Part shown: positions 48,250-58,446 of the stretch, piece by piece | How positions within the stretch are numbered: the first letter of the stretch is position 1 | Layout: each line of letters begins with the position of its first letter | DNA from: a virus | DNA: 64,000 nt | Direction: 5' to 3' (one strand) | IMG/VR virus record: IMGVR_UViG_3300027816_000081 | Location: 1 to 64,000 of that record | Translations under genes and position numbers: made by a program | The notes under the pieces: model-generated | Database searches by the model: none | The model's input: the letters and a program-made list of their open reading frames with translations, nothing else | What the model was told of the DNA's origin: nothing

Positions 48250-48606
48250 TTATTGTACTACGTTGCGCTGTACTGCTTCGTTCGGCTTAGGAATAATGCC
48301 CACTCCATATAGTGAAGCTTTGGGCCTAAATGTATTCAAGTAATAGCATATTACTTGATTAGTTTGCAGTTTAGTAGTCGTACCCTTGATAGTGGCTAAT
48401 AGGTCCAGTACATTGAAGTTTCCTTCTTGTGCTATTCTAAACAAGAGTGATGCAAAGTTTCTAGCGATACCCTGATTCTTTGATGTTCCTAAAAAATAGG
48501 AATAGACTACATCCCAGTCTGCTGCGTTTACACGTAGCTTAGTGGTGTAGAAATTGTCAAAAAGTCTGACAGTTTGATCTAGATTTGTTACTGAGTATAT
48601 AGCCAT
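48250..48606 (-). CDS. Hypothetical late protein
   Basis: ORF after ATAAATA. Confidence 0.6.
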   Translation of the reverse strand: MAIYSVTNLDQTVRLFDNFYTTKLRVNAADWDVVYSYFLGTSKNQGIARNFASLLFRIAQEGNFNVLDLLATIKGTTTKLQTNQVICYYLNTFRPKASLYGVGIIPKPNEAVQRNVVQ

Positions 48607-48614
48607 AGTAGTAT

Positions 48615-49883
48615 TTATGTGTTTGTTATAGGTCCGGTACCAAAGATAGGTTCAGTGGGGAAACCTGCTACGTCACTAAAGTCTTCTCCGTTATATTGTT
48701 CGCCCGCTAACGGTTCATTAGTGATTGGCGCCGGGCTTCTTTTTGCACCAATTGTGGGGAAGCCGGCTAGTCCTACCACACCAGGTGTTTGATTTGCGCC
48801 TGGAACTGAAAAAGGTGCATTTCTGTTCTTAGGAGTATTAGTAAGTGATGTTAGGAACGAATTGGTTAATTCTATCGCAGCAGTTTCTTTTAAGTTTGGA
48901 TTTTTAAGCCCATTGTATACTGCATTTGCATTTAAAACGGCGCCGGCAGCATTTCCATCCTTCAATGATTGGATAAACCCACCTGCTGCATCTATCAACC
49001 CACCCTGTCCCAGTACAGTACCATTTGCGCCCGGGGACATGATCGGACTTGGTGTTCTATCGTAATTTTGTTCGCTACCAAATCCAGTAACAATACTTGC
49101 AGGATCTCTGCCGTCTAAGCTTCCATAATTATATACAACGGTTTCGTAGTCTATGGTCATCTTGTTTTCCATAACTCCATTACCAGTATCATAATTATAT
49201 GTGTCGTGTGAGAAGTTAGTAATTACTGGATTTACCAAGGTGTATGCTGTGAAATTGTGTTGATGAAGACCAAACACTGTTATGTTTCTAAAGAACGGAA
49301 CCTTAACTCCGCTGTCAGCAAAATTAGCATTGTTACCACCACTGAATCCCCAATCGTAGTTTTTATTTTCAGCTTTTTCGTAAATGTCTCTATAATTATA
49401 GTTTTCTATAGATTCAGTAATCTCACCGTCGAAGAACTGAGTTCTTTCTATAGGAGAGCCTCTTTCGGCTGGCAAAACTGCGCCGGGCTTTGAACCATCA
49501 TTATAGTAGTAGCGATAATACGCTTCCCACATCTTTGTAACATTATTTCCGTTGTCATCGTGAAATGTGATATCAATTGGCTCATATCTGATTTTTGTTT
49601 GAACAATACGTTTTCTATTGTATTGATTCATTTGTGCTGTCTGCAATGAATATGACGGGAGGCGCACTTCTTTTACTAATATTCCGAAATTAGTTGCCTG
49701 CGGATATGCTTCTGGATTAATATCAAAATAAGTATGAAATAAAAATTTAAACTTAGGCGAATTCTCATAAGAATTCGGTCTAAAAGTTTTTGAAGCGTGC
49801 GTGTAATCTCTAAGGTATTCGCTGCCGAAGAATTCTCCGGCAGCGGACCTAAGTAAACTTTCGCCCCAGTTACCTAGTGACAT
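48615..49883 (-). CDS. Tail-tube-like baseplate protein (gp54/gp48-like)
   Basis: LVKEVRLPS, YEPIDITFHDD, LVNPVITNFSHD; follows tail tube. Confidence 0.7.
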   Translation of the reverse strand: MSLGNWGESLLRSAAGEFFGSEYLRDYTHASKTFRPNSYENSPKFKFLFHTYFDINPEAYPQATNFGILVKEVRLPSYSLQTAQMNQYNRKRIVQTKIRYEPIDITFHDDNGNNVTKMWEAYYRYYYNDGSKPGAVLPAERGSPIERTQFFDGEITESIENYNYRDIYEKAENKNYDWGFSGGNNANFADSGVKVPFFRNITVFGLHQHNFTAYTLVNPVITNFSHDTYNYDTGNGVMENKMTIDYETVVYNYGSLDGRDPASIVTGFGSEQNYDRTPSPIMSPGANGTVLGQGGLIDAAGGFIQSLKDGNAAGAVLNANAVYNGLKNPNLKETAAIELTNSFLTSLTNTPKNRNAPFSVPGANQTPGVVGLAGFPTIGAKRSPAPITNEPLAGEQYNGEDFSDVAGFPTEPIFGTGPITNT

Positions 49884-49898
49884 AAAGTGTCCTAACTA

Positions 49899-50543
49899 TT
49901 AAGTAGTGCCACCGATACCTGTTGCGATACCAGTAGAACCGTTGAATGCACGACCAACTAGCTGACCTACTCCGCTTGTTAGAGGTGCTTGAATTGCATT
50001 ATCATAACGAATTTGTAATGCGATTGATACTGCTTCACTAGTTGCATAGTTTAGATTCTGATAGTTTGCCTGCTGAACGAAGCAACCATATAGTTCCCAA
50101 GTTTCAAGCACAGTAGGAGCAAGAGCGCCGTTACCACCGTCTAGAATCTCAATATTGGTTTGGAACTTATAGTCTTGACCAGTAGCAGCAGATGCTTGCT
50201 CAACGAAATCCATCTGCTTCTGCAATTGCTGACCAATTGCTTTTGAAACTGACCCGGAAGCATCATCACGGATGTTTACTGTTAGTGGGTTCCACGTGTG
50301 CTTACCTGCAAGATACATTCTTGAGTTGTAAACGTTTAGCGTTACTTCATCAAACTGTACCTGTGGTCTTGAGCAGTCCATAACCTGCTTAGTAAGCTGT
50401 AGTCCACCGTTAGCATCAACCCCAAAGTTCAAGAAGTTGACTCTAAAGCGGAACTGTAGTTTAGGCATCAACAGACCTTGGTTGCCGCCTGCGTTATCAG
50501 ATGCTACGGTCATGTTGAACAATGATTGTGAGGCTGTTGCCAT
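49899..50543 (-). CDS. Tail tube protein (gp19-like)
   Basis: PKLQFRFRV, YLAGKHTW, WELYGCF, LNY; follows sheath. Confidence 0.85.
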   Translation of the reverse strand: MATASQSLFNMTVASDNAGGNQGLLMPKLQFRFRVNFLNFGVDANGGLQLTKQVMDCSRPQVQFDEVTLNVYNSRMYLAGKHTWNPLTVNIRDDASGSVSKAIGQQLQKQMDFVEQASAATGQDYKFQTNIEILDGGNGALAPTVLETWELYGCFVQQANYQNLNYATSEAVSIALQIRYDNAIQAPLTSGVGQLVGRAFNGSTGIATGIGGTT

Positions 50544-50577
50544 TTGTATTCTCCTGTTATAAGTATTTATCTTTTGT

Positions 50578-50603
50578 TAGTGGGGGCTAGGAAGCCCCCA
50601 CTG
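50578..50603 (-). terminator. Hairpin between sheath and tube genes
   Basis: agtggggg-ctaggaag-cccccact. Confidence 0.55.
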
Positions 50604-50608
50604 CATTA

Positions 50609-53600
50609 TTAGCCTGAAATCTCACCAGTGTTGAATACACGAACCGGAATGTAGATGAATTCAATTGCCTTAACAGGCTCAATTGCTACGTCTACCCAAA
50701 GCTCGTTTCTGTCAATACGGGCTGGTGTGTTGTTTGACTCGTCGCAGACTACGAGATAGTCATAAATACCTCTCTTAGCTACAAGGTCAACCATCAATGT
50801 CTCAATGACACCTGAGATTTCTTGTCTTGTCAATGCATCATTTGGTTCGAAGACGAACGGTCTTGCTGCAATTGTCAATTGGCGACGAATATAAGCGATA
50901 AGTCTTGCAACGTTAATTCTGTCAAGTGCTGACTGTGAATTGAAGCTTGACTTGTTACCATAGTTCAATAGTCCGTTTCCAGTGAAGAAGACAAGTGGGT
51001 TAATCTGATTCGTGTACAATACGTCACGAATTCCGATTCTTGTCTTAATGACTTGGAATTCACCGGTTGCTGCGTCAATGTATCCGATGCTTGTAGCATT
51101 GTCAATGACACCGCGGCGAGTACCAGCTGGTGCGAACCAAGGATACGCAATATTGTCGTTACGTAGCATAGTTCTGATCATCATGTGTGATGGGGGAACT
51201 GCTACAAGATTACCTGACAAGTCTGGGGCGATTCCTGATGGATAGAATAGACCCATATAAGTGTCACGAGTTACAAGACCATCTTCACCGGTTGAAGTTG
51301 CACCAGCGGCATTAGTTGCCCAAGCCTGAATGTCAGTAGCACTATCTGCTAGTCTCATTGGTGTATCACCAATGATGAATCCAGTCTGTCCTCTATCGTT
51401 GTTGAGTACAACCATGTTAGGCTGTAGTTCAGGATAGTTAGGAGTTGCGAGCATGTTGAATGCGTTATCTTCGTCACGAATTGCAGTATTGGTGTCGATA
51501 GCTGCACGCATTGCCTGAACAACCATCGCTCTCTGAGCCTTGCGACCCATATAAGGTGCACCATTTGACTGTAGCCCGCTTACTGATACCCATGCATCCT
51601 TTTCAGTTGGAAGCACTTCATCTGGGAATCTGTCAGCATTAAAGTAATTAGTGCGATACTGCTTAACATTGTAGCCAGAACGACGAGTATTAAACAATAG
51701 CATACCTACTGGATATAGATTAGCATTAGGTGCATCAACATCTAGGTAATTGCTTGTTAGTAAGCTTACGATTGATGGAATAGGATCATTTGCAGGATTT
51801 GTTGTGCCGTTAGTTGCCCAACGTGCATCTGCAAAGACGATACCTGATGAACTAGTTTGGTCGCTATTATCAATGCGAACCCACTTGTCAGTGCCGTCTA
51901 CTGATTGCCAACGATTGATGATTGGATAGTTTTCAAGATCACTTACGTCAATCCAAATATCACCGTATACAAGAGCAGTACCGTCTGACTGTAGTGTTGG
52001 CTCACTTGCACTTACGAGTGGACCGTTAGGATCAGTTGCATTGACACCTGATGGTAGTGGGAAACCATTGCTATCGTAATCAGCATTGCGATATCCTCTC
52101 CAACCTGCAGTTGTTTTAACCATGATATCAACTTCATCTACTACTGAGTAGAACCAGTTGGTTAAATTATCAGGTGATGAAACTGGTGCACCTTCATTAG
52201 CAGTCATGTCAAACTCTACCCAGTTTGAAAGCTGAGTCTGATACATAGGAGCAGCAGTCCCACTTACTACAGTAACTCCGGTCACTACGCCGGTGTTTAC
52301 AGAAACTACTTTAACTACCAAATCGTTAGCAGGAGTAGCCCCTCCCAACTGAGTACCGCTGATTGTTACTGTATCTCCGACTACGTAGCCTGAACCACCA
52401 TTCGGGAAAGTATTTGGGTTAACATAGTATTTTTGATACCCTACCTGTACATTCAATGACAAACTGCTACCCACACCGCTAGTTGAAGTTTGGGTTGGCT
52501 GGAAGCTAGTAGTAAAGCTAGGACCTTCTTTGACACCGACTGTTGATCCGATTACAAATCCTGCATCTTCAATCAAACCTGAACTTACACCAGTAGAATC
52601 ATCAAAATCACTTAAAATAATTACACCGCCAGTAGTGTGAGTTAGCTGGATAGCATCCGCATCTGTTAGAGTCGCTGTGGTGTAAGGAATAGCAGAAGCG
52701 TTCCATGCATTGACAAAATCTGTTGCGTCGGTATTATCTCCCAAAGCCATGGTGTAGACTCCGTAGCTGGCGCTTCCGGGAATAGAAACTAAAACTCTTA
52801 AAGTGTACGAGCCATTAGTGAATGATGGGTTAGATACACTACCGGTGATAATAGTAGGTCCGGTTGCAATTCTTTCCCAGTAATATAGGGGAGGATCGTT
52901 ATCAATAGCAACAGGATCAAGATTGTATGCATATTGTGTATAAACTGTTCCGGCTGGAATGTTTTGACCGCCGGTTGAGTCTAATGCACTAATTGCAGCT
53001 ACGTCAGAGGTAGCATATGATACTGTCTTAGGAACCCAGTTAAGTGTTACCGCATCCCATTCTGAAACAACAGTGTTTAAACCTGATCCTGCTGAACCAA
53101 CCTTAATCCATACTGAACCGGTTGGTCTAGGATATGTCTGTCCAGTTTGCCATAATGGCTGGAATGCAGAAGTACCATATGAGAAACCGGGCTGTGAATA
53201 CACACCTGAGGAAATTCCCAAATCAGCTAAAATAGTGCCGGTTCCTGAAATTCCTAATCTATAAGGTACGTTATTACTTAGTGTTGAAGCATTTTGTGTA
53301 GAGAACAGTTGAAGCTTTCCACCAACAACCGCGGCTGAAAGATAATCATAGTTCAATGCATTGATCTGAGATACCAAATTAGCTACAGTATTATCTGGGC
53401 CTGCAGGAACAGTGATGGTTGGTCCTACTGCATTGTTAATAAGGATAGTTAACGTATTACCGGCTGTCAATGTAGAAGGAGCGTTAGTTCCTTGTACAGT
53501 TGGCCATGAAGCTAACCATGCTTGAGATCCGATTGATACCCAATTGTTTGCAGTGTTCTTGTAGAAGAATTGAACTGCACTTGCAGCAGTTGGGAAATCG

Positions 53601-54178
53601 TAAGTTGGAATTGCATTAACTGCATAGTCACCGGGGATACCCAAGCTCTGAACTGGATAACCGCCACTTAAGAACGTTGGATCAGTAATTACAATAGGAG
53701 TCTTCAAGTTAAACTGACCAGTTACTGAGTCAAACTCATTGATTCCCCAAGTTGAAGTTGTTGTATCAAGCCAGTAAGCTCCGGCTGCTGGATTTCCAGT
53801 TGGTCTTGATGTTTGACCAACTAGACTTGCAAGATCAATGTCGGCTCTCAAGCAGAATACTCTGTTGGTGATTCCCAATGCAGAATATGCAGCTAGCAAA
53901 CCATACTCGTTCAATTCATATCCCTGAATTGGAGTACCATTTGATGTAGAATAGAAGAACGGGTTACCGTATAGAGTAACAAGGTCACGCTGACTGGTTA
54001 CTTGGAATAGCTTGCCTGCATTAGCGGCAGTTGTACCCTGAGCAATACCTGTACCAGTTGGGTTAGCTTTATTCTCTGCGGTTGCTAGAAGAATAAAGGG
54101 AATAGAGTTTGTCGGTGCTGGAAGGTATTGAGATTCGTCAATTACTGTAACTTCTACACCTGGAGATGCTAGTGCCAT
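50609..54178 (-). CDS. Tail sheath protein (gp18-like) with large insertions
   Basis: SPGVEVTVIDES; PWFAPAG..RG, LY..QINP, SALDRINVARL, FVFEPND, VCDESNNTP..IDRNEL, EFIYIP. Confidence 0.95.
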   Translation of the reverse strand: MALASPGVEVTVIDESQYLPAPTNSIPFILLATAENKANPTGTGIAQGTTAANAGKLFQVTSQRDLVTLYGNPFFYSTSNGTPIQGYELNEYGLLAAYSALGITNRVFCLRADIDLASLVGQTSRPTGNPAAGAYWLDTTTSTWGINEFDSVTGQFNLKTPIVITDPTFLSGGYPVQSLGIPGDYAVNAIPTYDFPTAASAVQFFYKNTANNWVSIGSQAWLASWPTVQGTNAPSTLTAGNTLTILINNAVGPTITVPAGPDNTVANLVSQINALNYDYLSAAVVGGKLQLFSTQNASTLSNNVPYRLGISGTGTILADLGISSGVYSQPGFSYGTSAFQPLWQTGQTYPRPTGSVWIKVGSAGSGLNTVVSEWDAVTLNWVPKTVSYATSDVAAISALDSTGGQNIPAGTVYTQYAYNLDPVAIDNDPPLYYWERIATGPTIITGSVSNPSFTNGSYTLRVLVSIPGSASYGVYTMALGDNTDATDFVNAWNASAIPYTTATLTDADAIQLTHTTGGVIILSDFDDSTGVSSGLIEDAGFVIGSTVGVKEGPSFTTSFQPTQTSTSGVGSSLSLNVQVGYQKYYVNPNTFPNGGSGYVVGDTVTISGTQLGGATPANDLVVKVVSVNTGVVTGVTVVSGTAAPMYQTQLSNWVEFDMTANEGAPVSSPDNLTNWFYSVVDEVDIMVKTTAGWRGYRNADYDSNGFPLPSGVNATDPNGPLVSASEPTLQSDGTALVYGDIWIDVSDLENYPIINRWQSVDGTDKWVRIDNSDQTSSSGIVFADARWATNGTTNPANDPIPSIVSLLTSNYLDVDAPNANLYPVGMLLFNTRRSGYNVKQYRTNYFNADRFPDEVLPTEKDAWVSVSGLQSNGAPYMGRKAQRAMVVQAMRAAIDTNTAIRDEDNAFNMLATPNYPELQPNMVVLNNDRGQTGFIIGDTPMRLADSATDIQAWATNAAGATSTGEDGLVTRDTYMGLFYPSGIAPDLSGNLVAVPPSHMMIRTMLRNDNIAYPWFAPAGTRRGVIDNATSIGYIDAATGEFQVIKTRIGIRDVLYTNQINPLVFFTGNGLLNYGNKSSFNSQSALDRINVARLIAYIRRQLTIAARPFVFEPNDALTRQEISGVIETLMVDLVAKRGIYDYLVVCDESNNTPARIDRNELWVDVAIEPVKAIEFIYIPVRVFNTGEISG

Positions 54179-54319
54179 ATTATTTTTCCTTTTGTATGAT
54201 TATGAGGTTTACCACCTACCTTGATATATACATATCAAGATTCTAATGAGTATTTAGTTTATAAATCAAAAAACTTGGTTTAACCGAACCTTTAAAGGTA
54301 TAAATGCATAAATAATATT

Positions 54320-54670
54320 ATGCTTAAGCGACCTATCTGTAGTAGTTGTAATAAGAATTACAGAGCAATCAATTATATCCGTAACGGAAAAACTTACTAT
54401 CGCAGCATATGTGATAGCTGTGGTAAGAAGAAGGCTAAGAAAAAGCCACTAAGACCAAACTGGGAGAAGGCTGGATATAAAAAAAAGCCGCACTGTGATT
54501 TGTGCGGCTTCAAGAGTTTGTATCCTAGTCAAATGACCGTCTTTCATATTGACGGCGATCTTAACAATGTTGCTTTCAATAATCTGAGGACTATCTGCCT
54601 TAACTGCGTTGAAGTAGTCAAGAAGAAAGAAGTCACTTGGAAGAGGGGCGACTTAACGGTTGATTATTGA
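54320..54670 (+). CDS. Zn-finger HNH-like protein
   Basis: Several CxxC; FHIDGDLNN..NNLRTICLNC. Confidence 0.7.
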   Translation: MLKRPICSSCNKNYRAINYIRNGKTYYRSICDSCGKKKAKKKPLRPNWEKAGYKKKPHCDLCGFKSLYPSQMTVFHIDGDLNNVAFNNLRTICLNCVEVVKKKEVTWKRGDLTVDY

Positions 54671-55288
54671 TTCTATCTGCTTATGTAGATGGTCAATCGT
54701 ATCGTTGTTGTCTAAGTCATAATCATATGCTATACCCACGCTGCTATACTCACTGGCGTGTACTCCATACTCATTTTCCAAAACAGCTTTAAGATTGTCC
54801 TTAACTATACTATTTGGTGTATGGTTAAACAATGCGGCTGTAGACAACCATTCAGGTTCTTCGCCGCGATGAGTTCGCATAGTGATACCACCTGCATTCT
54901 TAATGGCGACTAACTCGTTGGCAAAACGACAATCAGTAATAACGATATCGTCCTTGATATTTCGTAGTCTATTCTCTACGCTAGCAACCCAAATGTCATT
55001 GTGAAAGCTTTTACGAGCAACATCTGTTCCCCATTGCTGTAGTACCCAGCGGGGAGTAAGATGAGGGATATTAAGACGCTCTGCCCACCAAACGTCAACT
55101 TCCTCTCGCCATTCTCGGCTTGCTTTAGTTGAACCCTCAAGAAGTTCTCGGTCCCAATTGAAAATGACTGCAACCGCATCCTTCAATGCGCCCGCAAAAC
55201 TCATTCTCTTGAAACCATGAAAAGTGCAAAGATAGTCTGCGGCAGTGTCCTTGCCCGACCCGATTAGTCCTGTAATTCCTATAATCAT
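54653..55288 (-). CDS. Deoxynucleoside monophosphate kinase (T4 gp1-like)
   Basis: MIIGITGLIGSGKDT, SFAGALKD, TPRWVLQQWGT, ITDCRFANE. Confidence 0.9.
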   Translation of the reverse strand: MIIGITGLIGSGKDTAADYLCTFHGFKRMSFAGALKDAVAVIFNWDRELLEGSTKASREWREEVDVWWAERLNIPHLTPRWVLQQWGTDVARKSFHNDIWVASVENRLRNIKDDIVITDCRFANELVAIKNAGGITMRTHRGEEPEWLSTAALFNHTPNSIVKDNLKAVLENEYGVHASEYSSVGIAYDYDLDNNDTIDHLHKQIESIINR

Positions 55289-55294
55289 TCTTAT

Positions 55295-55323
55295 ACTATA
55301 ACATAAGAATATTAGATTGTCAA
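55295..55323 (-). promoter_or_regulatory. sigma70-type promoter, leaderless for dNMP kinase
   Basis: TTGACA-17-TATAGT, then 6 nt to ATG. Confidence 0.75.
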
Positions 55324-55326
55324 GCC

Positions 55327-56112
55327 TTATCCTTGAATCCAAGTTAGTGGTTGTGAATAATCCTGATACTTACGTAGATCGTCAATCAATCTTTCTTGCT
55401 CGGCTTTAGATTCAGCCTTCATAGCAGAACCATTCAAACTTGTGCCGCCGCCTGGGCCTGCAATAGTTCCAAACTTTTCACGAGCTTCACCGATGATGCC
55501 CTTCAGAACAGCAAGAGTATAATCACCAATCCAAACACCTGCACCAGGATCCTGAATAAGTTCAATTTCAGGACGCTGGATATCAGCCCAGATAAGAATG
55601 CGTTCACCTGAACCCTTGAAGTCACGAACCACTTTCAGTAGTTTGGTTACTGGGTTAAACGTGTAAGTTACATAACCACCAAACATACGTGCTGCAAGTT
55701 CAACATAACCGGCATAGAAGTCGTATGTAGCCATACCGCCTGTATAGTTATAGTTCAACAGGTAAGTGTTCAGAATGGCACTAGAGAACGGATCAAACGC
55801 AGTAGAGCTAGGTCCAGTTTCAAGACCTACTGTTCTACGGAATAATGCACGAACGTTGATAAACTCTTCTGGCAGTGTGTACTCATACACGTTCTTCTCA
55901 ACACGCATAAGGGTATAACTTTCAATCGTTGCGTTCTGCGCTCTTTGACGATAAAGCTTTACTGCATAGTTGTATGCAGCTTCGTAATGGTCTGGATCAA
56001 GTTCAAGATCAATGATATCGCCGCCCAAACGTAAACGAAGGTTCTCAAAGAGACCTTCCTTAAGCTGTGTTAGGTCGTAGTTAGTTGGTGTTGCTAGTGG
56101 GTCTGCTGCCAT
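55327..56112 (-). CDS. Neck protein (gp13-like)
   Basis: LRLGGDIIDLEL, GEAREKFGTIAGPGGGTSLNG. Confidence 0.8.
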   Translation of the reverse strand: MAADPLATPTNYDLTQLKEGLFENLRLRLGGDIIDLELDPDHYEAAYNYAVKLYRQRAQNATIESYTLMRVEKNVYEYTLPEEFINVRALFRRTVGLETGPSSTAFDPFSSAILNTYLLNYNYTGGMATYDFYAGYVELAARMFGGYVTYTFNPVTKLLKVVRDFKGSGERILIWADIQRPEIELIQDPGAGVWIGDYTLAVLKGIIGEAREKFGTIAGPGGGTSLNGSAMKAESKAEQERLIDDLRKYQDYSQPLTWIQG

Positions 56113-56175
56113 AATCGTTTCCTGTTAAAGTTATTTATCAGGAAACGTCATGACCTTTATTCTCTTTTAGGGTTA

Positions 56176-56415
56176 CTAAAGCTTAAAAGCTTCCTTCTCC
56201 TTAGTCTGCACACAGTTGACCACATCCTGAACAGTGTATAGATTTTCCGCTTCATCGTCGGTAATGGAAATATTGAACGTTTCTTCAAGCGTCATTACTA
56301 ATTCAATAACGTCAAGATCGTCGCCGCCCAAATCATCTACTAGGTGGTCCTGATCGCTGACTAGATCAACCCCGAAGTGTTCAGCAACAACTTTTGAAAT
56401 TACAGGGCAACTCAT
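56176..56415 (-). CDS. Acyl carrier protein homologue lacking the phosphopantetheine Ser
   Basis: LVDDLGGDDLDVIELVMTLEETFNISITDDEAENLYTVQD versus canonical LGADSLD. Confidence 0.85.
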   Translation of the reverse strand: MSCPVISKVVAEHFGVDLVSDQDHLVDDLGGDDLDVIELVMTLEETFNISITDDEAENLYTVQDVVNCVQTKEKEAFKL

Positions 56416-56828
56416 TATAGATCGCCCTCTTTGCGGTTTTCGCTGTAGTGAGCATCAAACTTACCACCCGGATAGCGTGACTGTAGCTTGTCTACGTTTT
56501 CAGCAAGCACTTCATTAGGGTCAAGTCCGAGTGCGTTACAAGCATTAGCCCAGTACCAAGCAATGTCGCCCAGTTCACGCTTCATATGGAAGATGTTGTC
56601 CTCATTGAGAGGTTTGCCCTGGAAGAGGATCTTCTTAACGATTTCTTCAAACTCGCCACCTTCACTGCCGAGTCCAGTGCTTGCTGTCATTAGTAACGCA
56701 ATATTGACGTTACTAGAAGCATCAAGCTCCTTAAGGCGTTCAATGAGGGCAGCTAGGTCCTTACTCTGATCACTGCATACAGTGAGGACGAAGTCTGCGT
56801 ACTTGTTTAGATCAATTTGGGTTGTCAT
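56415..56828 (-). CDS. mazG: MazG-like NTP pyrophosphohydrolase
   Basis: GLGSEGGEFEEIVKK, KRELGDIAWY, NVDKLQSRYP. Confidence 0.88.
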   Translation of the reverse strand: MTTQIDLNKYADFVLTVCSDQSKDLAALIERLKELDASSNVNIALLMTASTGLGSEGGEFEEIVKKILFQGKPLNEDNIFHMKRELGDIAWYWANACNALGLDPNEVLAENVDKLQSRYPGGKFDAHYSENRKEGDL

Positions 56829-56839
56829 ATATTTTCCTT

Positions 56840-58000
56840 TTAGAATGCCTTAAGAATGATCATATCAGCGTTGAAGCGACCATTAGGTACAGCCTCAACA
56901 GCCTTGATCTCCTTGAAATACTTACGAGCAGCAGGCTTACTACCCATCAGTGCCTTAATCTGTTCAACGGGCTTGCGAAGCGTCTTAACACCCGATTCCT
57001 TCTTGTCAAAGCCAATCACAGTGTTACCCTTAACCATCAGGCACTTGCTATAATCGTCTGCGACATAGTGATGCATCTTGCGCTTCTTAGTGTCATAGAC
57101 CCAAGCTTCGGTGCTCTCATGAAGCTTAACGGGGCTTAGACCAGTCAATTCAAGCTTGAGTGCATCATCCTTGAACGACTTGCAGTGCTTAAGCTTAGCA
57201 ACGACACGCTCGACCGGAACAGCCTTCTTAGCACGGGGCTTCTTCACAGTCTTCTTGAGTGCGATGTATCCATTCAGTTCTGCAACGATTTCTTCAATCA
57301 GCTTGATAGCATAGCGCATTTGCAGCTTGCCAATGTTAGAGTATGCTTCGTTAAGCTGTTCATCTTTGCCTGCCTGGGCTTCACGAAATTCATCAAGAAG
57401 ATGGCCCCAACGCTTAATCGCAGCAGCGATATGCTGGGGAAGAACGTTGCGCTTTTCAAGAGCAGACATTGCACGACGGTTGAGATTGAAGTCCTTAGGA
57501 TACTTAGCGTCAATGAATTCGTCCCAAATCAGTTCAATGTCGCTAAGGGCCTCGTCAGCCTTTTCACGCATTACTTCCTGAATGTTGACGACCTTTTTGG
57601 GCTTTTCTTCGCCGTCAGTTTCTTCCTTCTTAGCCTTGAGTTCTGCACCTTCGGCAGCAAGACCTTCAACCCACTTCACAATGCCAGTCTTGTAGTTGTC
57701 AGGGATAATGTCAGGATTGACTTCAAGCAAATGTGCAGTGGTAGCCCAATGACTATGCATATCAACCTTCCAGTCGGGAAGACGATTGATCTTAGTCAAG
57801 TAGTCCTTAGGGAAATTCTTCTTGATGTATTCCTTGACCTTAGTACCGCAATCCTTGCGCTCAAGATCATAGTGGACAAAGAACCTTGCCTTTTCCCAAT
57901 TGTCTGTAGGCACCAAGCTAAAACGGTTAACGCCACGACGAGGGGCACGGACAGTCTTCTTAGAAGCTTTAGCTTTAATGAGGGCGGGGCGACGAGCCAT
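56840..58000 (-). CDS. Conserved basic hypothetical phage protein
   Basis: WVYDTKKRK, VKGNTVIGFD, KTLRKP, NGRFN; strong promoter and SD. Confidence 0.7.
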   Translation of the reverse strand: MARRPALIKAKASKKTVRAPRRGVNRFSLVPTDNWEKARFFVHYDLERKDCGTKVKEYIKKNFPKDYLTKINRLPDWKVDMHSHWATTAHLLEVNPDIIPDNYKTGIVKWVEGLAAEGAELKAKKEETDGEEKPKKVVNIQEVMREKADEALSDIELIWDEFIDAKYPKDFNLNRRAMSALEKRNVLPQHIAAAIKRWGHLLDEFREAQAGKDEQLNEAYSNIGKLQMRYAIKLIEEIVAELNGYIALKKTVKKPRAKKAVPVERVVAKLKHCKSFKDDALKLELTGLSPVKLHESTEAWVYDTKKRKMHHYVADDYSKCLMVKGNTVIGFDKKESGVKTLRKPVEQIKALMGSKPAARKYFKEIKAVEAVPNGRFNADMIILKAF

Positions 58001-58031
58001 GTTTATCTCCTGAATTTCAGATTACTTATAC

Positions 58032-58060
58032 ACTATACAATAGCCATAGGTAATTGTCAA
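58032..58060 (-). promoter_or_regulatory. sigma70-type early promoter
   Basis: TTGACA-17-TATAGT. Confidence 0.8.
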
Positions 58061-58068
58061 CCAAAAAA

Positions 58069-58446
58069 TTACCTAATTTTGATTTCATGTAGTGGTTTGC
58101 GCCCGCTAAACATACAGACACCTTTTTCACGAGTTAGGTCTGCTGCATTTTGCGGGTTACTGTCCCACATGGCAAACAAATCTTCATTGGTGATACCGTC
58201 TTCACAATCCATGGCGTAGATTTCATAGTGGCGGCCGGGATTGAATCGTGCCCTAAGTTGCATGGACATAAGGATATCGTCAAGTGGATTCTTGCCCGGC
58301 TTATCACCCTTGAGAATATTCCAAGTATCAAACTTATCTTGTTCTTCATACTGTGTGATTGGCACGATGGCTTCAATTCCATACTGATTCCACATGAAGA
58401 GGTATGCGTTAGTAGTCATAGTTGCTTCCGTCACCGGCAGTTCCAT
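58069..58446 (-). CDS. Hypothetical protein
   Basis: ORF in early island. Confidence 0.6.
   Translation of the reverse strand: MELPVTEATMTTNAYLFMWNQYGIEAIVPITQYEEQDKFDTWNILKGDKPGKNPLDDILMSMQLRARFNPGRHYEIYAMDCEDGITNEDLFAMWDSNPQNAADLTREKGVCMFSGRKPLHEIKIR

Noticed and set aside
57185-58219. 344-aa plus-strand ORF
   Set aside because: Antisense to a well-formed gene with promoter and SD; arises from codon bias
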